From NCBI GenBank assembly GCA_964016885.1, contig OZ024745.1, forward strand, positions 97,650,001 to 97,714,000: DNA of 64,000 nt, written 5' to 3'. Made by a program: the position numbers and the translations under genes. A model generated the notes under the pieces. The model made no database searches. It was not told the DNA's origin and was given only the letters and a program-made list of their open reading frames with translations. Below, one piece after another: positions 14,622-27,296 of the stretch. The stretch is from Eledone cirrhosa. Its lineage: Eukaryota. Position 1 is the first letter of the stretch. The number at the start of each line of letters is the position of its first letter.

Positions 14622-15203
14622 TTTAATAAGCAGGCTCGCGTCTGAGAGTGTATGAATATTTTCCGAAATCCTTCTTATAAGTTAGCACGCATTCTATCAT
14701 ATTGGTATACAGCTGTACTTGCTCATTGGTTTATTTTATGTCAGATAACGGCGGGGTCTCTTTATAAATTAGCGGCTATTCTCACGATCCCGGTCAAATC
14801 ACCCTCCGTATCCATGCGCGTCGCCCCGTCTGCCTAGCTTCCGCTGTCACATTGTTTGAAGCCATCGTTAAGGAGATAAGGCAATACGAGAATGCGGTGG
14901 TGGTGAAAAGCAAGGAGTGAGGGAGTTAAGGTATAAACTATAAAATAAATGAATAGCAAAAAAATATATATATAAATAAATAAAACTATAGGGTATGGGC
15001 CTATGCTGACTACGATATAGCCGATAAGATGATGAAATAAAACAAAAAAAGTGGAACAATATATTATAGACAATATAAAAACAAAACCTATATAAATATA
15101 CATATATATATATATATATATGTGCGTGCACACATGTACACACATACATATGTGCACACACGCACACACATATGCATACATATACATACGCATATATATA
15201 TGC

Positions 15204-15255
<52 letters not shown>

Positions 15256-15256
<1 letters not shown>

Positions 15257-17952
15257 TTTAGGTTTGTTGGTTCACCACTGGATAGAACTGGTCATTCCGT
15301 ATGGTCAATCCTAGTGAAGAGTATTGTGAAGAGTACTCAACGCAGTGCAGTTCACCCATCTTCATTGTGTAGTTGGTGGTGCGAATACGGAGTTAATTAT
15401 AAATGAAATAACAGGAGGCTGGACTGGTATAAATCCTTGAAAGGTTTATTATACTATGATCATTTCAATGACCGGGTTCCATATGAATCCGGTGATATCA
15501 TCAGGTATTGGAATATAACAAAGGAATATGTAAAAAGCCATGGGTCCGAAAAATCAGAGACAGAGAGGACGGCTGACCAACTAGCTTCTCAGCCAGCCGC
15601 CCTCAAAGTGTTGGCAACTGAAAACTACCAATGAATATCTGGTGAGGGGGCGAAGGCTTATAATGCGCTACCACCACTCCGTCAAAGAAGAAGGGGAAGA
15701 AAGAAAGGGAGAAAGAAGTGTAGTGTAAGGGTCAAACTACATTCATGTTAGAAAATGCCGCGAAAAAAAATGCTACCCAAAGAATCTATAATGGGCGTCT
15801 GTATGGTCTAATGTGTGAACCGAAGATTGGAACGTTAAACTTATGTTGCGAGTTATAGGATGAAATTAAATTAAATTAAAAATATTTAATTGCAAAATGG
15901 TAAATTGAAAAATAGAGGTAGCGAGATTGATTTATTTAATGAACTTACGGAGAGAGTCTTATATGAAAAAACTTTTTTACTGGATAAGATATTAGGATGG
16001 GATATAGAGTAAAGAATTCAATTGGGAGTTCCCGCCAGCACACCCACCACCACGAGTCAGCCAGTCTCGAGTGGTATTGTCCAGCGAAAGAAATGGAAAT
16101 TAATTTTCCGAGTACTCTAGGAACGTAGCTAACTTTGGCCCCGGGATCCCTAGCGGGAACTCCACAATTTCGGCAGGCCATCGTCTATACCACGAATACT
16201 ATTACATCACACATTAGGGGTTTATTTACGTGTCTGTAGAGGCAGGACACAGCTAATAGTCATGCCCAAACCTGGAGTTTGTAGGTACAAGTATAATGTG
16301 GGACCGGGGCAAAGCAAGCCGCTCCTAGAAATTTATTTTTCCGAGCACTCAAGGAAGGCTGAACTTTCCGAGTGCCCAACGCGCAGCCAGGAAAAGCCAC
16401 CATACAAGTCGAAGGTAACAGCCCAATGAAAAGTGCAACCCAATGAAAAGATCAAAATTATTTTAAAGTCCCAGTTAGTCCGGGTTATAGGTAGTGTGGT
16501 TCTTAGGTGGGTAGGGGGCTATGAAAGGTGCATAATGACCTGAGTAAGGAAAAGTTACAAAAAAATACGAAAAAATACGAAAAAATGAAAAAATAATGAA
16601 AGCAGCATACAAAGATAAAATACCAATATAAAGATAGAATACATTGATAAAAATACATTAATAAAATAATAAAAAAAAAAAAAAATATATACATTAATGA
16701 GATAGTAAAAAAATTAATAAAGGTAAATAAGAATCAATATAGATCAAGTTGTAGTAAGATAATACAAGTTGTACATATAGATATAGATATAGAGGATAGA
16801 GGAGATGGAATGGTAACAGGTTGTACCTAGTGTAAAGTTCAATGCGAGTCACAAAAAGTCCTGAGGTATAGCGTAGAGAATTCAGTCAATACAATACATG
16901 TTTTAGTATAATACGTAGAGTTTTGTCGGAATCAGAATCATCCCGACAAGGAAGTAGTATTAGGTGGCGGTAGATAAGGCGCAGAGCAGCCAAAATCCGA
17001 ATGGTAAGTAGATCAGTTAATCCCATGCTGGTAATAGCTGTACACTGAAGTCAGTGCCGCTGTTCAATATTACATTTTGAAGTGCTCAACATTATAGGAG
17101 CATTATTTCTTTAGGTTTGTTCGTTCATCACTGGATAGAACTGGTCATTCCGTATGGTCAATCCTGGTGTAATATTGTGAAGAGTACTCAACGCAGTACA
17201 GTTCACCCATCTTCGTTTGTGTAGTTGGTGGTGCGAATACAGAGTTAATTATAAATGAAATAACAGGAGGCTGGACTGGTGTAAATCCTTGAAAGGTTTA
17301 TTATACTATGATCATTTCAATGACCGGGTTCCATATGAATCCGGTGATATCATCAGGTATTGGAATATAACAAAGGAATATGTAAAAAGCCATGGGTCCG
17401 AAAAATCAAAGACAGAGAGGACGGCTGACCAACTAGCTTCTCAGCCAGCCGCCCTCAAAGTGTTGGAAACTGAAAACTACCAATGAATATCTGGTGAGGG
17501 GGCGCAACATAAGTTTAACGTTCCAATCTTCGGTTCACACATTAGACCATACAGACACACATTATAGATTCTTTGGGTAGCATTTTTTTTCGCGGCATTT
17601 TCTAACATGAATGTAGTTTGACCCTTACACTACACTTCTTTCTCCCTTTCTTTCTTTCTTCCCCTTCTTCTTTGACGGAGTGGTGGTAGCGCATTATAAG
17701 CCTTCGCCCCATCACAAGATATTCATTGGTAGTTTTCAGTTTCCAACACTTTGAGGGCGGCTGGCTGAGAAGCTAGTTGGTCAGCCGTCCTCTCTGTCTC
17801 TGATTTTTCGGACCCATGGCTTTTTACATATTCCTTTGTTATATTCCAAAACCTGATGATATCACCGGATTCATATGGAACCCGGTCATTGAAATGATCA
17901 TAGTATAATAAACCTTTCAAGGATTTACACCAGTCCAGTCTCCTGTTATTTC

Positions 17953-17957
<5 letters not shown>
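15256..17957 (-). mobile_element. Non-autonomous Penelope-like element: 3' pLTR (15256-15850), decayed body, 5' pLTR (17109-17505) and inverted pLTR (about 17506-17957)
   Basis: Direct repeat with period 1852 plus an inverted copy; each pLTR carries a hammerhead; this is the usual PLE layout. Confidence 0.75.
15451..15508 (-). ncRNA. Type-I hammerhead, family K (further copies at 17303-17360 minus and 17849-17906 plus)
   Basis: atac-CTGATGA-t-atcaccgg-attcatatggaac-ccggtcat-t-GAAA-tgatca-TA-gtat. Confidence 0.75.
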
Positions 17958-17999
<42 letters not shown>

Positions 18000-18004
<5 letters not shown>

Positions 18005-18108
18005 CGATGATTTGATCACAGACACACACTGTATTTAAGGTCGAGAGACGCAATTTCGAGTGATTAGCGGCCTTTAGACTCACCTGATCAATGAAACAAT
18101 TGTTAATA
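18000..18108 (+). ncRNA. Hammerhead family A, second copy (U4C)
   Basis: tatt-CCGATGA-t-ttgatca...tgatcaa-t-GAAA-caattg-TT-aata; homologous to 2723-2833. Confidence 0.6.
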
Positions 18109-18282
18109 CTGTAAATAAAACCCTTTTTGTACAGCCGACCATGTTCTTCACTCTTTCACTATATATATATCCCCCACCACCACCCCCACTCTCAAGCGTG
18201 AAACTAATAATAACATGTACTGCCTCTTCGCTACCACGCTTTTTGTTTTTTTGTTTTTTCGCTTTCTGTTTACCGTCTCAAC

Positions 18283-18360
<78 letters not shown>

Positions 18361-18467
18361 TTATAAACTCAAAATAGTCTTTTACAATTAAATAGCTCAA
18401 AGAAAGGATTATTTCCGAGCCGTGTAATACAAATGAATATATGATAGGGATGAACACCGATACAAGT

Positions 18468-18896
18468 TTAGTAGCATAGTATATAAATGTTATTGAGACA
18501 CGAGTAACATAATAATGATGTCAACAGCAGAAATTAGCACAAATAATTGTTTCTACTTTTTGGCACAAGGCCAGCACTTATCCCAGTAGCACAAATAATG
18601 TTTGTTAACTTGTATGGTTGAAGTTACACATAAAATGAGGTTACAAAAGGGAATGTGCCATTGTTCCAGGCCCAAGGAAGGCCGGCAGGCCAAAGTGCAA
18701 AATCTCACCGTCACATGTTGTACGTGTTGCTGGTTCGAAGTTCCGGGTGCGAGAGAGAGATTCTTCAAATCTTCGCGGGGAATTTCTCCCTCAGGGCGCG
18801 TAGGGATACATACTCTTCTACTGGCATTGATTGGCTGAGCTGAGCCAAATCACACACAGAGAATGTATGTGAGCCCGCGGAATGTAGGTCACTACA
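18468..18896 (-). mobile_element. Probable solo LTR (429 bp) with 5-bp TSD CAAGT
   Basis: caagt at 18463-18467 and 18897-18901; ends TGTAGT...ACTAA (decayed CA); host family-B sequence rejoins across it. Confidence 0.6.
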
Positions 18897-19033
18897 CAAG
18901 TATACATGTGTTCGTATTGCAAATGACCAAGTTAGCTAGGTTGAAAAATACTAAGTAAAATAATATGGTTTGCCTGTCTCGATTTAAAATAATAAATCAA
19001 TAAAAATAACAAACCTATATTGGCAATAGCCGT

Positions 19034-19110
19034 GATACCCGGACAAATTTTAAATTTGTTTCGCAACAATTAAGTGAAAGTTCTTATTCCTGTGCTCTTC
19101 TGCGGGTATC
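19034..19110 (-). ncRNA. Type-I hammerhead, family B (U4A core CAGAAGA)
   Basis: gatacccg-CAGAAGA-gca...tgc-GAAA-caaatttaaaatttg-TC-cgggtatc; helix I 8 bp. Confidence 0.72.
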
Positions 19111-19454
19111 CAGAAATTGGTAAGTTTCACTTCAAAATACTTAAGAAGACTGAGAAAAATGTGTTGTTGAACGCACATGTGTCACAGCGCCTAACTCGTC
19201 CCATACTCGTGCCGCTAAAAATAGCAGCCGGTTTTATGGGACTAAAAATTAGCTCTACGTATGGAGCCGAGAATATTATATATAGAGTTATAAACTCAAA
19301 ATAGTCTTTTAATTAGTATTTTTCAACCTAGCTAACTTGGTCATTTGCAATACGAACACATGTATACTTGTATCAGTCTTCATCCCTATCATATATTCAT
19401 TTGTATTTATATATATATATGTATATATCTTAATGATGCTTATTACCAAAGTCG

Positions 19455-19561
19455 ATAATTGTTTCTACTTTAGGCACAAGGCCAGCAATTACCCAGTGCA
19501 TTACTGGTACTTTATTTTATCGACCCCGTAAGGATGAAAGGCAAAGTCAACCTCGGCGGGA
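19455..19561 (-). mobile_element. tRNA-SINE 3' half
   Basis: Reverse complement of the SINE core and tail. Confidence 0.8.
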
Positions 19562-19785
19562 TTAATGGGTGATTGATACCGATTATTAAAATTTCTATGA
19601 TTTTATGAAACGGTCCGTATGTTCGCTTTAGACGATTTTAGCTTGTTTCTCTATATATGTACATAATAGTAAAAGTTTCTCGACTTGACACATGAACAAA
19701 TATTTTTTATATATCGCTTAAATTTTATAATTGATGCTCTGAGCTTTTTTTTTTTGAGAAACATATTTCATTAAGCCTAATTATA

Positions 19786-19894
<109 letters not shown>

Positions 19895-20041
19895 TAGATA
19901 GATAGATAGATATATCAGTGGCGAAGGGTAACCTGGAAAGCAGGGCATGGGGTTCAATCGCCATGGCGGAAAGTGGGGTTGTGCAGCCTTACCCCCGCCC
20001 CAATTCCCTCTAAATGACCCTACCGATCAAAGCCGCATGTA

Positions 20042-20118
20042 GTGTGTTATCTTTTTATGTATCTACGATTTAGTAAGCAGTCAAAATTCTGCTTGCCCCA
20101 AAGCTGTCGTGGGTTTGT

Positions 20119-20197
<79 letters not shown>

Positions 20198-20622
20198 TGT
20201 GTGTGTGTGTTATCATTTTATGTATCTACGATTTAGTAAGCAGTCAAAATTCTGCTTGTCCCAAAGCTGTCGTGTGTTTCTGTGTATATGTGTGTGTGTT
20301 ATCTTTTTATGTTTCTACAATTTAGTAAACAGTCAAAATTCTGCTTTCCACAAAGCTGTCGTGTGTTTGTGTGTATGTGTGTGTGTATGTGTTATCTTTT
20401 TATGTGTCTATGATTTAGTAAGCAGTCAAAATTCTGCTTGCCCCAAAACTGTCGTGTGTTTGTGTGTATGTGTGTGTGTATGTGTTATCTTTTTATGTTT
20501 CTACAATTTAGTAAGCAGTCAAAATTCTGCTTGCCCCAAAGCTGTCGTGTGTTTGTGTGTATGTGTGTGTTATCTTTTTTTGTGTCTATACGTTTTAGTA
20601 AGCAGCCAAAATTCTGCTTGCT
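20042..20622. repeat. Minisatellite, about 90-bp unit with variable (GT)n, 6 copies
   Basis: tttagtaagcagtcaaaattctgcttg repeated six times. Confidence 0.9.
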
Positions 20623-20710
20623 TCAACCGACGCAATTGATCAACTCAAGATTCTATAACGCATGCACGGACCCTTCGCCCCTGATATATATACGTATATA
20701 AATATATATA

Positions 20711-21009
20711 ATAGTAGAACACTGGTAGGTTATATCCGTAGTAGTAAGGCACTCAATCCATGGGACGAGTTTGGTAGAAGTAGTTCTACAACAGTTAGTT
20801 TACCATTACCGAGAACAATTGTTTCACCTTATTCGGATCATCAGCTTGGTTTAAATGAGGTTGTACGGAAAAGGAAAAACAACTGTACCGTTATTTTTCC
20901 TTCTCCGTACAACCTCATTTAAACCTCATTTAAACGAAACTGATGATCCGAAAAAGGTGAAACAATTGTTCTCCGTAATGGTGAACTAACTGTTGCGGAA
21001 TTACTTCTA
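20711..21009. mobile_element. Fold-back element, family I, with divergent hammerheads (20809-20849 minus; 20935-20975 plus)
   Basis: Palindrome about 20775-21009; CTGATGA-t-cc..gg-t-GAAA-caattg-TT on both strands. Confidence 0.7.
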
Positions 21010-21076
21010 TGTATGTATGTATGTATGTATGTATGTATGTATGTATGTATGTATGTATGTATGTATGTATGTATGT

Positions 21077-22177
21077 ACCGCTTCACGGCACAGGCATTGC
21101 TTTATATCTGGAGATCTCTCTGCACTTGTCCTCACATGGTACCATGGGCCCAGCACTATGTGTCAATAATTGTCACAAGTGTAGTGTTTGTACCAGAGTT
21201 TTCAAGTCGCTGGCTGGACTAAAAAGTCACACTCGTTCAGCGCTTCGGTAGGGGTTCTCCTACATGGATATAAAGTAGTGGTCGTACTCGAAAACGAGTT
21301 GGCAGCCACCATGTATGTATGTATGTATGTATGTATGTATGTATGTATGTATGTATGTATGTATGTATGTATGTATGTATGTATGGAGAGATGTATGTAT
21401 GTATGTATGGAGAGATGACCCCTTAGCCTTTGTCAAGGCAGAATTCTAGGAGAAGGAAAACTCTGATATAACACCTGCAGCCCTGATGGTATCCAATGAT
21501 GTTGACTCGTTCTTCTTTTTGGTAAATATCATCTTGGTTAAGAGAGTGGGACTGGCTTTGTGCATTGCCTTTGCTCACTATAAAAGCTTCACGCCACAGG
21601 CATTGCTTTATATCTGGAAATCTCTCTGCACTTGTCGTCACATGGTACCATGGGCCCTGCACTGTGTCAATAATTGTCATAAGTGTAGTGTTTGTACCAG
21701 AGTTTTCAAGTCGCTGGCTGGACTTAAAAGTCCCACTCGTTCAGCGCATCGGTAGGGGTTCTCCTACATGGATATAAAGTAGTGGCCGTACTCGAAAACG
21801 AGTTGGCAGCCACCACCATGTATGTATGTATGTATGTATGTATGTATGTATGTATGTATGTATGTATGTATGTATGTATGTTCTTCTGGTTTTATAATTT
21901 CACAAATTTTTACCAATAGAGGGAGAGTCGGTTTCTAACATAGACACAAGACTCTCTCATTGGAATTTACACAACATCAACTAGGTAGATTATGTATGTG
22001 TGGATGTGTATGTTTTGAGTTGTATGTGTGCATGTATATATGCTTTGTATCTATACATGCGTATATGCAGTTATTAGATGCAAAATTTTACATATTTTTA
22101 CTGTTCCATTAATGGATTGTACTAGTAATTTCCTAACTAGTTGTGTTCTTTCTGTTCCTGTGAAGCATAGCTTCTCA

Positions 22178-22208
<31 letters not shown>

Positions 22209-23319
22209 TGTATGTATGTATGTATGTATGTATGTATGTATGTATGTATATATGTATGTATCCCAGTACAACCTGTCTGATGGTCGGGTCGTTGGCGACT
22301 AAACTGGCAACCCCACCAAGGTTTCTTGGTGAGGAGGGTGACTTTGGACATCCTGCAGGACTAAAAACAAAACCTGTCAAAGGGCAAAGGAGCTCTTAAG
22401 AGTCAATGGCCATCCAAAATCACTGGTAGAGATGACCCCTTAGCCTTTGTCAAGGCAGAATTCTAGGAGAAGGAAAACTCTGATATAACACCTGCAACCC
22501 TGATGGTATCCAATGATGTTGACTTGTTCTTCTTTTTGGTAAATATCATCTTGGTTAAGAGAGTGGGACTGGCTTTGTGCAGTGCCTTTGCTCACTATAA
22601 AAGCTTCACGGCACAGGCATTGCTTTATATCTGGAGATCTCTCTGCACTTGTCGTCACATGGTACCATGGGCCCAGCACTATGTGTCAATGATTGTCACA
22701 AGTGTAGTGTTTGTACCAGAGTTTTCAAGTCGCTGGCTGGACTAAAAAGTCACACTCGTTCAGCGCATCGGTAGGGGTTCTCCTACATGGATATAAAGTA
22801 GTGGCCGTACTCGAAGACGAGTTGGCAGCCACCATGTATATATATATGTATGTATATATGTATGTATGTATATATATATATATGTATGTATGTATGTATA
22901 TGTATGTATATGTATCACCGGGAGAGATGACCCCTTAGGCTTTGTCAAGGCAGAATTCTAGGAGAAGGAAAACTCTGATATAACACCTGCAACCCTGACG
23001 GTATCCAATGATGTGACTTGTTCTTCTTTTTGGTAAATATCATCTTGGTTAAGAGAGTGGGACTGGCTTTGTGCAGTGCCTTTGCTCACTATAAAAGCTT
23101 CACGGCACGGGCATTGCTTTATATCTGGAGATCTCTCTGCACTTGTCGTCACATGGTACCATGGGCCCAGCACTGTGTGTCAATCATTGTCACAGGTGTA
23201 CTAGAGTGTTCAAGTCGCTGGCTGGACTGAAAAGTCACACTCGTTCAGCGCATCGGTAGGGGTTCTCCTACATGGATATAAAATAGTGGCCGTACGCGAA
23301 AACGAGTTGGCAGCCACCA
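21077..23319 (+). mobile_element. Four head-to-tail RTE-derived non-autonomous elements (about 21077-21311, 21409-21817, 22258-22833, 22920-23319) with (ATGT)n tails
   Basis: Shared 3' end cgtactcgaaaacgagttggcagccacc(ATGT)n; C2H2 remnant [18 protein letters not shown]. Confidence 0.8.
21880..22180 (-). mobile_element. 3' fragment of an R4/Dong-like RLE non-LTR element in (TATG)n
   Basis: Reverse complement matches 41480-41830 (EKL.FTGTERTQL.RKL..Q.INGTVKICK). Confidence 0.75.
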
Positions 23320-23338
23320 TGTATGTATATATATATAT

Positions 23339-23550
23339 AGAAGTGGTTACACAACAGTTAGTTCACCATACCGAGAACAATTGTTTCACCTTCGCGGATC
23401 TTCAGCTCGGGGCATCCCGAGCTGAAGATCCGCGAAAGTGAAACAATTGTTCTCGGTATGGTGAACTAACTGTTGTGTAACCACTTCCACCTAACTCGTC
23501 CCTTGAACTGAGTGCTTTACCACTACGGATATTACCTTCCAGTGTTCCAC

Positions 23551-23554
<4 letters not shown>
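23339..23554. mobile_element. Fold-back element, family I, with back-to-back hammerheads (23371-23410 minus; 23417-23456 plus)
   Basis: ccgag-CTGAAGA-tccgcgaa(g/a)gt-GAAA-caattg-TT-ctcgg on each arm, 6 nt apart. Confidence 0.78.
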
Positions 23555-23645
<91 letters not shown>

Positions 23646-24045
23646 TGTGTCTGTGCCTGTGTGTCTGTGTCTGTGTGTGTGTGCGTGAGTATAATTTATA
23701 TTCTGATTTCTTTTTCATCTTGCCCTATGTATAACAAGGTGAAATTAATGTTGTTTCTCTAGTATTGTAGCATAAGGGAGCCCTACTATAGAGTTTTTTC
23801 ACATCTTATTTCCATTGAACTTTTTACAGAACAATGAAACCTAGAGTTTGATTTATTTGTGCTTGTTTATATAAGTATGTGTGTATGAATAGAGTTCGAT
23901 TCCTGGACAGGCGATGTGTTATGTCCTTGAGCTAGACACTTTATTTCCCGTTGCTCCTTCTACCTGGAGTTGCGACCGATAGATAGCAATTGAAAAGACC
24001 AATGGAAACATTGTTTCCTCGGTCCGAGTTGACGAACGTCGATCG

Positions 24046-24077
<32 letters not shown>

Positions 24078-24084
<7 letters not shown>

Positions 24085-24687
24085 TAAAGTTAGTTCTTCA
24101 TCACTGATCTTCCAGCCATCATTGGTATTTCATCGCTTTAAAGACCATATACCTCTGGTTGGTGCGAGCAACGGCTAAAAAAAGTCGTTGGGACACGTAA
24201 ATAAAGGGGACACGAGAGTGTAAACAAACAAAGATGGTGAAGCAACGAAAAGTGAGGAAGAAGGAGTCAAGTCCCAAATTTCCATGAATATAAGTTCGGT
24301 GAAATCGTGAACGAGAGAGAATAAAGACCATCAAACCTGGTTGGAATGTGAGCAAGGAAGGAATTCCGTACAGGTCTAACGGGGGGAAGAAGGAATCTAG
24401 TCTGTGAATTTGGTAAACGTAAGTTGTGAAATCGTAGACGAGAGAGAAAAAAAAAGCGAGCGTGCCTGACCAAGGGTGCGAAAGAAAAGAATTACGCACT
24501 GGTCAAACGGGAAGAAGGAGGAGGAGGAGAGGTAGTAACAGAGAGTGAATGAGTGAAGGGTGAGCAAGAGGCTAACAGAGAGAGTGACTGTTAGAGAGGG
24601 TGAAATACCAATGATGGTTGGAAGATCACTGATGAAGGACTAACTTTATTCATATGTAACCTATTAGCAACCACGCAGCACGTTTAT

Positions 24688-24692
<5 letters not shown>
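24078..24692. mobile_element. (TA)n-flanked element with about 55-bp inverted ends, related to 3169-3290
   Basis: atgaataaagttagttcttcatcactgatcttccagccatcattggtatttca versus tgaaataccaatgatggttggaagatcactgatgaaggactaactttattcat. Confidence 0.6.
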
Positions 24693-24739
<47 letters not shown>

Positions 24740-24763
24740 CCAAAGTTTATATGGTTCGTTGAT

Positions 24764-26220
24764 GGTGTCAGGACACTCTTGAGTGCTACTGGTAACATGT
24801 AAACCAGTACAACCTGTCACATGGTCGTCGGCGACTATACTGGCAACCCCACCAAGTTTACTTGGTGAGGAGGGTGATTTGGGACACCCTGCAGAAAAAA
24901 AAACAAAATCGACAAAGGGCGGAAGAACTCTTAAAAGTCAACGGCCACCGAAAAATGTATAAATATGTATATACACATGTACATATGTATGCGTGTGTAT
25001 ATACGTGTGTATATTATACCTGGAGTGTTATCGAGGGACATGTACCTCGGGGGGGGGGGGGGGCTAGCCATGCCCTCTTCAGGACAGTTCGTCCTGCATT
25101 GGGTCCCACCTCACACTCAGCTCTCACCTGTGGCCCTAAGAAGTTGTAGCATGTGACAGCGGCCACACCCTGGTAAACCGATTGGCTGGCGGGCCGAACC
25201 AAGTTGAGGGTAGCCGGACTGGTCTGACCCCCCCCCCCCTCGGTGAGTCAGATAGGAGTTGCCTGCCTCTGCATGCGATGACTGGACCCGGCGGAGTGAG
25301 TGGAGGAGGACAACATCGTCCCAACGGTCACCAAGGCGGCGACAGCAAGCGGTGTGGAGCGCTAGGGCACAGCAAGGGTCTACAGACGTCGTGGCCATCC
25401 ACTGCAGCCAAGGAAGTCCCTGGTCGTGACGGGCCTCCGTACCACCTGATTCTGGCTTCTGCGGCTGAGTGAGCGGGACGTTACTGTGCACTGGCCCTCC
25501 CACTATAAACCTTGCTCGCACAGGTTTCTTCTTTAGCGTGCACTCCCAAAGCCCTGCGGCGATGGGCGAGAGGTGGGGAGTAACCTGTGGGAGTTGCCAG
25601 TCTCAAACCCACACGTGGGCGGCCTGGCTGCGCAAGTCGTTCTCCTCCTGACCCTGGGATGACAGAGGAGATCCGGCGTTCCACCGGGCGACTGAACAAG
25701 CAGTGAAAACCAACGTAATAGAAAGAAGAACTTGATTATTGGCTGAGATAACCAGTGTCGAAGCTATGATACTGAAGAGCCGACTTCGATCGGTGGGACA
25801 TGTCATCCGGATGGACGATCACAGGCTTCCGAAGCAACTGATGTATGGCGAACTCTGTTCGGGGAAACGAAAGCGGGGAAAGCCTCTCAAGAGGTTCAAA
25901 GACTGCGTGAAGTCCAGCATCAACAACACTGGAATCGCCCCAAAACAACTCGAGTCCCATGCTCAGAAAAAGATTGAGTGGCGAACCCTTACCAGACGCG
26001 TCAAAGACTCTTTTGAAAAGAAGAGACGGGCAGAGGTCACTGAGGCCCGTGAAAGGAGGAGAAAGGCATCAACAGCTGCCCCAAGCGACTCCGGTCACTT
26101 CCCTTGCTTCCACTGTCCCCGGACCTGCAAGTCAAGGATCGGCCTCCACAGCCACCTTCGTGCCCATGGCAGACGGGAACTAAAATAAAGATGTCATCAT
26201 CGTTTACGATGGACAACCAA
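24764..26220 (+). mobile_element. Composite RTE insertion: head of the RTE-derived short element plus an internally deleted RTE, with 16-bp TSD
   Basis: tatatggttcgttgat at 24748-24763 and 26221-26236. Confidence 0.75.
25739..26188 (+). pseudogene. RTE-clade LINE ORF C-terminus with C2H2 finger
   Basis: RLRSVGHVIRMDDHRLPKQLMYGEL..GKRKRGKP.KRFKD ... CFHCPRTCKSRIGLHSHLRAH. Confidence 0.88.
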
Positions 26221-26800
26221 TATATGGTTCGTTGATTATTCAACGAATTCAGTTTTACAATAGATTAGAAACACTCGTCAGTATTTATCTGGAGTATCTA
26301 TATTATTCCTGCCACTACAGGAATTGATGATTCAAGTACCTTAGCGGTATGCCGCATATCCAATCTCTTATATATTTTATCTGATGAAAACGTACTGAAA
26401 CGCCATTGTACCTTTGAAATATGTATAATAAAATATATACTTTGGTTATGATATTTCTCATTTATTAATATTTTGAATAATATTATATATATATATATAT
26501 CATGAATCAAAACATATCAACATATCATATGATGAGAATTTTGTATTTCTCAATAAGCAAGCTCAATGCACTTTATCCAGAGCCATAATAACCAAATGAA
26601 AAAGATATATGTATATTCACCAATCTTATTTCTAGCGGAGTTATCGCCCACCTTGTTGATAACTATTTGCCTTGGGTTTAACGGGATTTCACCATGTGCT
26701 TCTAAGCATCACGGTCACTATGAACTTAGCTGTGGATAGTGGCAGGTATATTGATTTATTTACCATCTTCATCCTATATTTCCTTTAGAATGGTGAGACT

Positions 26801-26925
26801 AAACCTCCGATGAGTACCTGAGTCTTATATGGTTTCATCATAATCGATAGTTTGTCATCAATGATCGATTATATAGATTGATTTTGAGCCACACTGTCTA
26901 TGTATAAAATAGCGCTATAAGGTTT
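26801..26925 (+). ncRNA. Decayed large-loop hammerhead, family L (84-nt branched loop II; U4C, G12A)
   Basis: aaacct-CCGATGA-gtac...gtat-AAAA-tagcgcta-TA-aggttt; loop holds hairpins ataatcgat/atcgattat and atagat/gtctat. Confidence 0.55.
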
Positions 26926-27055
26926 CACTTATGATTCCACCTGTGTACATATTCTTCTATAGAATATATATTTGGTATATATACAATATACCGTGTTTCT
27001 TGTACGATATACGGCTGTTTCTCTCTCTATATATACATATATCTTTTTCATTTGG

Positions 27056-27103
<48 letters not shown>

Positions 27104-27251
27104 ATACTTTGGGAGGGTCATGTTGCCAATAAGAAACACACGCACCAGTTGCTTTCACTTCAATTTATTATAATAAATTTATAATAAATTTATAAATTTA
27201 TAAATTTCTGGTTGGTTGGTTGGTTCCACAACCAGATAGTTGTTTATATAT

Positions 27252-27296
27252 AGTCATAGTTCTTTCGTCACACACTCTGTGACCTCTTCAGTGACT
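27252..27296 (-). ncRNA. Type-I hammerhead, family M, 200 nt downstream of the PLE endonuclease stop
   Basis: agtca-CTGAAGA-g-gtcac-agagtgt-gtgac-GAAA-gaac-TA-tgact. Confidence 0.85.

Larger units (their letters stand above)
18357..19408. mobile_element. Family B unit, interrupted by a solo LTR, partial tandem, with inverted end
   Basis: agagttataaactcaaaatagtctttt at 18357 and about 19283; 19313-19408 is inverted. Confidence 0.65.

Noticed and set aside
20042-20622. Repeat-spacer-like pattern
   Set aside because: The spacers are just (GT)n of variable length
26323-26415. TTGATGA/CTGATGA..GAAA motifs
   Set aside because: No consistent set of three helices
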